Source of the DNA: Fidelibacterota bacterium
GTDB taxonomy: Bacteria; Fidelibacterota; Marinisomatia; Marinisomatales; TCS56
Direction of reading: 5' to 3'
Assembly (NCBI GenBank): GCA_043822705.1
Contig: JBDRBK010000178.1
Coordinates: 1 to 6,387 of the forward strand
DNA length: 6,387 bases
Shown here: positions 1 to 6,387 of the stretch, piece by piece
Numbering within the stretch: the first letter of the stretch is position 1
How the letters are laid out: each line of letters starts with the position of its first letter
Made by a program: the position numbers and the translations under genes
The notes under the pieces: generated by a model
Database searches by the model: none
The model's input: only the letters and a program-made list of their open reading frames with translations
Told to the model about the DNA's origin: nothing

Positions 1-27
1 AACGCGGCAACCACGGAGTGGTTGAAT

Positions 28-104
28 TCAGGGATCAGGGATCAGGGATCAGGGATCAGGGATCAGGGATCAGGGATCAGGGATCAGGGATCAGGGATCA
101 GGGG
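28..104 (+). repeat. Heptamer tandem repeat (TCAGGGA)x10 + TCAGGGG
   Basis: Counted directly: ten perfect TCAGGGA units at 28-97 and one variant unit at 98-104. Confidence 0.98.
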
Positions 105-165
105 CTATAGTCCCCTCCCACGGAGGGGTGGCCCCGGCGTGACGGGGACGGGGTGGGTGGCGACG
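105..165 (+). repeat. 61-bp GC-rich double-hairpin element, copy 1
   Basis: Stems CCCCTCC-cac-GGAGGGG (112-128) and CCCCG-gcgtga-CGGGG (132-147), then a G-rich tail. Second copy at 606-666. Confidence 0.9.
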
Positions 166-193
166 GTTGCGGGTTTACACACCCCGCCCCATG

Positions 194-222
194 AAAAAGC
201 CCGGCACTGAGCGGTACCGGGC
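194..222 (-). terminator. Probable rho-independent terminator (minus strand)
   Basis: Minus strand reads GCCCGGTAC-cgctca-GTGCCGGGC-TTTTT: a 9-bp GC-rich stem with one G.U pair followed by U5. Confidence 0.6.
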
Positions 223-282
223 ATTGCCCCACCAGGGCTAAGGCTTCGGCAGGCACTACCAATTATTTATTGTATCCTGATT

Positions 283-348
283 TGTAGGGGCACGGTGCGC
301 CTGCGCGGCGTAGTTCCGTACAGGACGTAGACGTGCCGTGCCCCTACA
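283..348. repeat. GTAG-type REP-like palindrome with 40-bp interior
   Basis: Perfect 13-bp inverted repeat TGTAGGGGCACGG (283-295) / CCGTGCCCCTACA (336-348). GTAG...CTAC termini are the hallmark of GTAG-family REPs. Confidence 0.8.
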
Positions 349-405
349 TTTAACCGGGTAGTGCCAGGAAAAATCAGTCATTCCGTGCCCTATGACCGCC
401 ATTTC

Positions 406-425
406 CAATCCCGCAGGGATTGAAT
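406..425 (+). repeat. GNA-triloop mini-hairpin CAATCCC-GCA-GGGATTG-AAT, variant of the hairpins at 8-27 and 457-476
   Basis: Perfect 7-bp stem, C(GNA)G loop and the same CAA...TTGAAT frame as the other two hairpins. Confidence 0.8.
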
Positions 426-476
426 CTGAATAGCACTCATTACCAACCAACCGCACCAACCACGGAGTGGTTGAAT

Positions 477-532
477 TCAGGGATTAGGGATTAGGGATCA
501 GGGAACAGGGAACAGGGTACAGGGATCAGGGC
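477..532 (+). repeat. Degenerate heptamer tandem repeat, 8 units
   Basis: TCAGGGA TTAGGGA TTAGGGA TCAGGGA ACAGGGA ACAGGGT ACAGGGA TCAGGGC; the AGGG core is invariant. Confidence 0.95.
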
Positions 533-565
533 ATTTGCCTGCGCTGGCGCTCCGGCGTGGTGAAA

Positions 566-586
566 AGTAATGAGTAATAAGTAATG
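566..586 (+). repeat. Second heptamer family (AGTAATR)x3
   Basis: AGTAATG AGTAATA AGTAATG; one more AGTAATA at 667-673. Confidence 0.8.
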
Positions 587-672
587 CCGGCACTCTGGGA
601 TTTTACTATAGTCCCCTCCCCCGGAGGAGTGGCCCCGGCGTGACGGGGACGGGGTGGGTGGCGACGAGTAAT

Positions 673-694
673 AAAAACCCCTCGATTGAGGGGT
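673..694 (-). terminator. Rho-independent terminator of the tRNA-Phe transcript
   Basis: Minus strand reads ACCCCTC-aatc-GAGGGGT-TTTT(ATTA), beginning at 694, two nucleotides past the discriminator base at 697. Confidence 0.8.
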
Positions 695-696
695 CG

Positions 697-769
<73 letters not shown>

Positions 770-785
770 GTTGAAAAGCGCCCCG

Positions 786-815
786 AAATTAGTGGTTTCG
801 GTCACATAAATCCAA
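786..815 (-). promoter_or_regulatory. Candidate sigma70-type promoter for tRNA-Phe
   Basis: Minus strand: TTGGAT (815-810), 18 bp, TAATTT (791-786), then a GC-rich discriminator-like CGGGGCGC as typical of stable-RNA promoters. Motif match only. Confidence 0.45.
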
Positions 816-843
816 GTCTATCTCGGGACGCCCGGAAATTTGC

Positions 844-872
844 TTGTCATCCGTCGGAAAACCGCCTATGTT
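844..872 (+). promoter_or_regulatory. Candidate sigma70-type promoter for rdgB
   Basis: TTGTCA (844-849), 17 bp, TATGTT (867-872), ending 26 bp before the ATG. Motif match only. Confidence 0.5.
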
Positions 873-898
873 CGGCGGCGCTGAAAACGCTGAATAAC

Positions 899-1507
899 AT
901 GAAAATTGTATTAGCCACCCATAACCGGCATAAAGTCGCGGAATTCACCCGGGCGCTGCAGGATTTTGAACCTGAAATCCTGAGTCTGGATGATTTCCCG
1001 CAGGTCGGTGAAATCGACGAGACCGGCACCACCCTGAGCGAGAATGCACTGCTCAAGGCCCGCACCGTGCAGCGCCTGACCGGCCGGCCGGCAATTGCCG
1101 ATGACACCGGGTTGGAAGTGGACGCCCTGGGCGGCGCCCCCGGCGTTTATTCGGCGCGCTGGGCCGGGGCCGGGGCCAGCTATGCCGACAACAATCGTAA
1201 ACTATTGACCGAGCTGGCGTCCGTGCCGGCGGACCGGCGCAGGGCGCGTTTTCGCTGCGTCATCGCTTATGTCGACGACCGCTGGGAACTAACGGCGGAG
1301 GGTACCGTAGAAGGCAGCATTCTGGATCGGCCGGCCGGGTCCGGCGGATTCGGCTACGATCCGGTGTTCTGGCTGCCGGAACTGCAGAAAACACTGGCGG
1401 AACTGACGCCGGAAGAGAAAAATGCCGTAAGTCACCGTGGATTCGCTATTAGAAATTTCCGTAAACTATTCAGTGAAAAAATTCAACCAGGCTTAAATGA
1501 GGAGTGA
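899..1507 (+). CDS. rdgB: RdgB/HAM1-family non-canonical purine NTP pyrophosphatase (dITP/XTP pyrophosphatase), 202 aa
   Basis: Family motifs LATHNRHK, ENALLKA, ADDTGLEVDALGGAPGVYSAR, GFGYDPVF and KNAVSHRG (SHR signature); typical length. Confidence 0.97.
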   Translation: MKIVLATHNRHKVAEFTRALQDFEPEILSLDDFPQVGEIDETGTTLSENALLKARTVQRLTGRPAIADDTGLEVDALGGAPGVYSARWAGAGASYADNNRKLLTELASVPADRRRARFRCVIAYVDDRWELTAEGTVEGSILDRPAGSGGFGYDPVFWLPELQKTLAELTPEEKNAVSHRGFAIRNFRKLFSEKIQPGLNEE

Positions 1508-1579
1508 CCTTTAGACCCACCGCTACCAGTTCGTTTTGAATAAACAGGTTGAGTAATTAATAATAGATGCGGAACTCCG

Positions 1580-4500
1580 GTGAAAAATAGTCGGCTTGCC
1601 GTCTGCACCAGCTTTCTGATCTTCATCGGGCTTAGTGCGCTTTGGAGTCAGCCGGCTAATCCCGTGCGAGTGCAGGCGATTCGTCTCAACGTCCAATCAC
1701 GGTTTGTCGTGGATCCTTTTCCGGCCTTGCCGGTAGCAATCGGCCTGCTGGGCGATACCCTGATCCACGCCCGGGGACTGGTTGCGCTGCCCTTTAAAAA
1801 GACCGAAAAGCAGGCCACGATAACACCCGACTGGAGCACGATCACGATCACCGAAGTCAGCGATGGTCAGACCTACAAGATGCCGCTGACCGCGCCCCTG
1901 GACTGGTATTTCAACGCCATGCTGGAACGGCAGGGGATGATCAGTTTCAAGGCCGCCATGCGCGGTCAGGCCAAGACTCCCGCCGCGGACAGTGGTACCC
2001 GTCGGTCCGGTAAGTCGTTAGAACTGGTCGGAGTGGATGTCGGCGAACTGGGCCGGGTGGCCCTGCGGGTCCGCGGGAATGTCAATATTTCCGGGAAAAT
2101 GGTTTTCCAGGACCAGCAATTGAATTACGCCAATTATAACGAATCGCAGAATACCCACATCGAATTCGACCAGAAACAGAACCTGAATATCGAAGGTAAA
2201 ATCGGCGATCGGATCACGATCCTGATGGACCAGGATTCGGAGCGCGATTTCGACTGGGAAAACAATATCCGGATCACCTATGATGGCCAGGAAGATGAAA
2301 TAATCCAGAAAGTCGAAGCCGGAAATATTTCATTGTCGCTGCCATCGACCCAGTACGTCACTTTTTCGGGAAAAAACCAGGGATTGTTCGGCCTCAAGGC
2401 GATTTCCAAACTGGGGCCGGTCGATATCACCACCATCGCTTCGATCGAACAGACCCGCAAGGAGAAACAAAAATTCTCCGGTTCCAACACCGCCCAGACC
2501 CAGCGGATTCCGGATTACCAGTACCGCAAGGACCAGTATTTCTTCATCCATGAATGGTTCCGCAACGGTGTGGACACCACCATCGCCGTCAGCGGTCAGT
2601 CACTGCACGGCGTCATTTTTCCTTTTTATCCGCTGTCCGCGGATGGAAAACATTACCAGGGTAACCTGATCGTCAAGGATTTCGAACTGTTCAAATCACG
2701 CTCGGGCGGTGTCTCCGTGGCCGGCGAAAAAACCGGTATCGCCTATGTGAATCCCGATCAGGTCGACAGTTATTCCGACTGGACCGAAAACCAGGTTTTT
2801 GTGCGGATGGAACGGGACAATGATTATTATATCAACGAAGATTTCGGTTATCTCCGAATTCGTACGCCGATCAACAACGAGGTGCTGGGCTGCATTTTCA
2901 AGCTGGTGGTGGCCGGAACCGGCGATACGCTGAAGATCATCGGATCGGCCTCCGCCGCGGACGACACGCTAAAGATGCAACTGCTCCGGCCGCAGGCCCC
3001 GACCCCCCAGCATCCTTCCTGGGACCTGATGTTCAAGAATGTCTATTACCTGGGTACCTCCAACATAAATACCGAAGGGTTCGCCGTCCGGATCATCAAC
3101 GACCAGGTAACGCCGGCCAGTGAGTGGGACGGCGCGGGTACGGCTTATCTGACCCATTTCGGCCTCGATCTTAACGATGATGTCAATTCCGGTAAACCCG
3201 ACCAGAAAATTGATTATACCAATCCCAATATCGTGAATCTGGCCAACGGCGAAATTCTTTTTCCGACTTTTCATCCCTTCATTGCCGCCGCCGATTCGCT
3301 GGGTGGCGGCAGCAGCGCTGCGGCGCTGGCGGAGCTGTTGGGCGAAGGTATCATGTACACTTCCACCGACCAGGACAAGCTCCGCCGCGACAGCCGGTTC
3401 ACGATCGAAGCCGATTACACCAACCTGGCCAGCAATATCAGCCTTGGTTTCATGGTGGTGGAAGGTAGCGAAGAAGTCAAGCTGGACGGTGTGACCCTGA
3501 TACGCGGCACCGATTACCAGATCGATTATTTCGGCGGCACGCTGATTTTCCTGAACGAGGCGGCCATGGCGCCGGGTGCCAATCTGGAGGTAATGTACGA
3601 AAAACATGAATTAGTCTCATTCGACAAAAAGACCATCATCGGCACCCGGGCGCAAATGGATTTCGGTGAAAATTCCTTCATCGGCGTCACGGCCTTGTAT
3701 TATAACCAGTCGGTCCTGAATGAGAAAATCGAGGTTGGCTATGAACCGACCAGGAATTTCATCTGGGATTTTAATGGCCGGTTCAACACCGATCTGGAGG
3801 GTGTCACGCGCCTGCTGGACCGGTTGCCGTTCCTGGAAACGGAAAAGATGACGTCGGTCGCCATCGAAGGCGAGTTCGCCCAGGTGCTGCCCAATCCCAA
3901 TCCGATCAACAATCCCGCCACCGGTGACGACAACGGCGTGGCATATATTGATGATTTCGAAGGCGCCAAGCGTACCACCACGCCCCAGGTCCAGCAGCGC
4001 TACTGGCGGTCGTCGTCGGCGCCCCTCGATCCCGAATCAGGTGAACAGTTACCGCAATCCAATCGGGCGCAGTTGTACTGGTACAATCCCTATTATCCGG
4101 TGGCCACCACCGATATCTGGCCCAACCAGTCGGTCTCGCGCCAGGCCCAGAATGAGACCACGCACATTCTGGCGCTTAATATGAGCCATCAGAAACACCA
4201 GTCCCAGGTTCCCGATGATTCGATCTGGGCCGGTATCGTCAGTCCGTTTTTCAGCGGTGATTATGACCAGACCCGCAGCAAGTTCTTTGAAATCTGGCTG
4301 CGCGGCACCGAAGGCCGTTTAACAGTGGACCTGGGGCGGATCAGCGAAGACTGGAATGGGAACAATAAACTGGACACGGAGGACCGGCCCGAGGCCGGGT
4401 TCAGCCTCGGCAACGGTCAACTGGATAAGGGTGAAGATGTAGGTCTGGATGGCTGTGGCGACGAATATGAAGACGGCTGGGGCGGCTGTCTCGATCCCAA

Positions 4501-6387
4501 CGGTCTTACCTATGCCGAATATTACGATCTTGGCGACATGGTACATATCAACCGCAATGGTCTGCGTCCCGACGACCGCAACTATAATCCGGTCGACGAC
4601 CCCAACGGCGACAATTACAAGAAGTACCAGGGCGGCGACCCGCGCTATGTAAACGGCACGGAAGGCAACAGCGAATTCGAGGGTGGTTTTTATCCCGACA
4701 CGGAGGACATTGATGGCTCCGGCTTTCTCGATCGCACCAATGATTATTTCACCAAGTCCTTCAGCCTGGATAAAAACGCGGACGATGCCGAGTATGTCGC
4801 CGGTGAAACAATTAAGGACGGCACATTAACAGGCTGGCGCCTGTACCGGATTCCCCTGAATCATTTTACCAAAATCAAACCGGATGGTTCAATCGACTGG
4901 AATGATATTAGAAATATCCGGTTAAGCCTGACCGGTGTCGATTCCGTCGCGGGACTGCAGGTGGCGAAGATCGAGCTGGTCGGTAATGAATGGAAAGAAT
5001 TAGGTATCAGTATCGCCGACACCGCCGAATATGCCATCGACGACAGCGTTTTCGCGATAACGATCATCAATACCGAAGACAATCCCGGCTACACTCCGCC
5101 CAAGGGCGTTAAGGGTGAATATGACCGGATCAATGAGATCCGCGCCAAGGAACAGTCGCTGGTTTTGAAATTCGACGATCTGCCGGGGGGCGCCCGCGGG
5201 GCGGCGGAAAAGACCCTGATGACGCTGACCGGGGAACGGGCTCAGAGCTACCTGACCTATGACCGGATGAAAATGTTTGTTTATGGCGATTGTCCCGGCG
5301 CGGTCGGGTTGGATGAGACCGACCTGGAATTTTTCCTACAGTTTGGCAAGGGTAACTATTATTATGAGGTCAGTCAGCCGGTCTATGAAGGCTGGGATGA
5401 GACCAGGAAACGGAATGCGGTCGACCTTGATCTGGAATGGCTGACCGGCTTGAAACTGGCGGACTCAACTACCGTGAAAAAGATCAATGCCGACGATGTC
5501 TTCCGGGATTCGGCCGATGTCAAGGAATACCATTTCAGTGATAACGACGGCGTACTGACCGGCCGCAGGATTCGGATCAAAGGCACGCCGGCCCTGTCCC
5601 AGATTCAATATATGCGGGTCGGGGTGCGCAACGTCTCGGCGCTGCCGCTATCGGGCGAGGTCTGGATCGACGAACTGCGCCTCAGCGGTGTCAGGAAAGA
5701 TCGCGGCGTAGCGATGCGCGTGCAGGGGAAAATCGATCTGGCCGATATCGCTTCCACTACCGTGGCCTACAGTCGCAAAGATGCCGATTTCCACGTGCTG
5801 CAGCAGCGGCTGGGTAGCGCCAGTTCCAGCGAGGATTTCCGGATCAATGCCAGCCTGAAGCTGGATAAATTCCTGCCCAAAGCCTGGGGATTGAAAGTAC
5901 CGGTCTCGACCTCCTTTTCCAACACCGTCAGCCGGCCTAAATATCATCCTGGATCTGATATTCTGCTCAATCAGGATAACATTCCCGATTCGCTGCTGAC
6001 ATTGAGCAATTCGATCAACCTGACGACCTCGATTGCCAAATCGACTCGTTCCGATAACCGCCTGATCAAGTATACCGTCGATCAAATCAGTACCAGCTTC
6101 ACTGCTAAACAGAGTACGGCGTCCAACTATCAGACCGCGCGCAACTGGTCCGAAGCCTACACCGGAAAGATCAGCTATTCGCTGCCGTTCGGCAGCAATA
6201 ATTATGTCGCACCGTTGAAATGGCTGAAACCGCTGCCGCTGCTCGGCAATAAACTGAGCGATCTGCATCTTTATTACACGCCCACCAATATCAGCACCAA
6301 TCTGAATGTGAGTGAGACCTATACCGAGAAGGAACCGCGGGCCGGGACAAAGACCACCACCGATTATAGTCTTGGTATGACGCGGGC
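1580..6387 (+). CDS. sprA: SprA/Sov-family T9SS outer-membrane translocon (cell surface protein SprA), 3'-truncated by the window edge (>=1602 aa)
   Basis: Manual translation of frame +2 is open from GTG 1580 (in-frame TGA upstream at 1550) to the window end. N-terminus is signal-peptide-like (MKNSRLAVCTSFLIFIGLSALWS-Q). SprA motifs recognised: FDQKQNLNIEGKIGD, FDWENNIRITYDGQEDEIIQKVEAGNISL, PSWDLMFKNVYYLG, GTDYQIDY, GVAYIDDFEG, DLGRISED, WRLYRIPL, KEQSL, GEVWIDELRL, followed by amphipathic beta-strand-like segments. The start codon is less certain than the family call. Confidence 0.93.
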   Translation, partial: MKNSRLAVCTSFLIFIGLSALWSQPANPVRVQAIRLNVQSRFVVDPFPALPVAIGLLGDTLIHARGLVALPFKKTEKQATITPDWSTITITEVSDGQTYKMPLTAPLDWYFNAMLERQGMISFKAAMRGQAKTPAADSGTRRSGKSLELVGVDVGELGRVALRVRGNVNISGKMVFQDQQLNYANYNESQNTHIEFDQKQNLNIEGKIGDRITILMDQDSERDFDWENNIRITYDGQEDEIIQKVEAGNISLSLPSTQYVTFSGKNQGLFGLKAISKLGPVDITTIASIEQTRKEKQKFSGSNTAQTQRIPDYQYRKDQYFFIHEWFRNGVDTTIAVSGQSLHGVIFPFYPLSADGKHYQGNLIVKDFELFKSRSGGVSVAGEKTGIAYVNPDQVDSYSDWTENQVFVRMERDNDYYINEDFGYLRIRTPINNEVLGCIFKLVVAGTGDTLKIIGSASAADDTLKMQLLRPQAPTPQHPSWDLMFKNVYYLGTSNINTEGFAVRIINDQVTPASEWDGAGTAYLTHFGLDLNDDVNSGKPDQKIDYTNPNIVNLANGEILFPTFHPFIAAADSLGGGSSAAALAELLGEGIMYTSTDQDKLRRDSRFTIEADYTNLASNISLGFMVVEGSEEVKLDGVTLIRGTDYQIDYFGGTLIFLNEAAMAPGANLEVMYEKHELVSFDKKTIIGTRAQMDFGENSFIGVTALYYNQSVLNEKIEVGYEPTRNFIWDFNGRFNTDLEGVTRLLDRLPFLETEKMTSVAIEGEFAQVLPNPNPINNPATGDDNGVAYIDDFEGAKRTTTPQVQQRYWRSSSAPLDPESGEQLPQSNRAQLYWYNPYYPVATTDIWPNQSVSRQAQNETTHILALNMSHQKHQSQVPDDSIWAGIVSPFFSGDYDQTRSKFFEIWLRGTEGRLTVDLGRISEDWNGNNKLDTEDRPEAGFSLGNGQLDKGEDVGLDGCGDEYEDGWGGCLDPNGLTYAEYYDLGDMVHINRNGLRPDDRNYNPVDDPNGDNYKKYQGGDPRYVNGTEGNSEFEGGFYPDTEDIDGSGFLDRTNDYFTKSFSLDKNADDAEYVAGETIKDGTLTGWRLYRIPLNHFTKIKPDGSIDWNDIRNIRLSLTGVDSVAGLQVAKIELVGNEWKELGISIADTAEYAIDDSVFAITIINTEDNPGYTPPKGVKGEYDRINEIRAKEQSLVLKFDDLPGGARGAAEKTLMTLTGERAQSYLTYDRMKMFVYGDCPGAVGLDETDLEFFLQFGKGNYYYEVSQPVYEGWDETRKRNAVDLDLEWLTGLKLADSTTVKKINADDVFRDSADVKEYHFSDNDGVLTGRRIRIKGTPALSQIQYMRVGVRNVSALPLSGEVWIDELRLSGVRKDRGVAMRVQGKIDLADIASTTVAYSRKDADFHVLQQRLGSASSSEDFRINASLKLDKFLPKAWGLKVPVSTSFSNTVSRPKYHPGSDILLNQDNIPDSLLTLSNSINLTTSIAKSTRSDNRLIKYTVDQISTSFTAKQSTASNYQTARNWSEAYTGKISYSLPFGSNNYVAPLKWLKPLPLLGNKLSDLHLYYTPTNISTNLNVSETYTEKEPRAGTKTTTDYSLGMTR

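Larger units (their letters stand above)
8..165 (+). repeat. Composite repeat module, copy 1 (hairpin CAACCAC-GGA-GTGGTTG-AAT + TCAGGGA tract + 61-bp element)
   Basis: 8-35 is identical to 457-484 (28 bp). 105-165 matches 606-666 at 59/61. The parts occur in the same order and orientation in both copies. Confidence 0.93.
457..666 (+). repeat. Composite repeat module, copy 2 (about 73 bp extra between the heptamer tract and the 61-bp element)
   Basis: 457-484 = 8-35. Degenerate heptamer tract at 477-532. Unique segment at 533-605. 606-666 matches 105-165 with mismatches at 621 and 628. Confidence 0.92.

Noticed and set aside
22..210. 62-aa ORF with GIRDQGS repeats
   Set aside because: It is the translation of the heptamer tract and the 61-bp element, with a TTG start and no family resemblance.
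484..497. TTAGGG units as eukaryotic telomere contamination
   Set aside because: The period is 7, only two units match, and they are embedded in a repeat module contiguous with clearly bacterial genes.
8..666. CRISPR array
   Set aside because: Only two copies of each long repeat, hundreds of bp apart; no regular repeat-spacer period and no cas gene in the window.
847..1107. 86-aa minus-strand ORF
   Set aside because: Antisense shadow of rdgB.
1499..1507. Strong SD-like GAGGAG at the end of rdgB
   Set aside because: It encodes the final Glu-Glu, and no start codon follows at a usable spacing.
1567..1590. ATG 1567 as the sprA start, or a frameshifted sprA 5' end
   Set aside because: That frame stops after 7 codons, while GTG 1580 gives an intact signal-peptide-like N-terminus without a frameshift.
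1648..6268. All track ORFs inside this span, including the 212-aa (2969-3607) and 206-aa (5648-6268) minus-strand ORFs and the short + strand ORFs
   Set aside because: They are antisense or alternative-frame shadows of the continuous sprA frame, with no recognisable motifs.

Overview
Bacterial chromosomal segment in three parts. (i) 1-~690 is a non-coding, repeat-dense zone. It holds two copies of a composite module (GNA-triloop hairpin + G-rich 7-bp tandem tract + 61-bp GC-rich hairpin element), a GTAG-type REP-like palindrome with an expanded centre, and two minus-strand intrinsic terminators. (ii) A tRNA-Phe(GAA) gene on the minus strand (697-769) is divergent from an RdgB/HAM1 non-canonical purine NTP pyrophosphatase gene (899-1507). 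(iii) A very large + strand ORF starts at GTG 1580 and runs off the window (>1600 aa; absent from the ORF track because it has no stop). It encodes a SprA/Sov-family type IX secretion system outer-membrane translocon. The SprA looks divergent and the promoter candidates are sigma70-like, which suggests a non-Bacteroidota FCB-group host (inference). The coding content belongs to known families; the least explained part is the modular repeat mosaic downstream of the tRNA.
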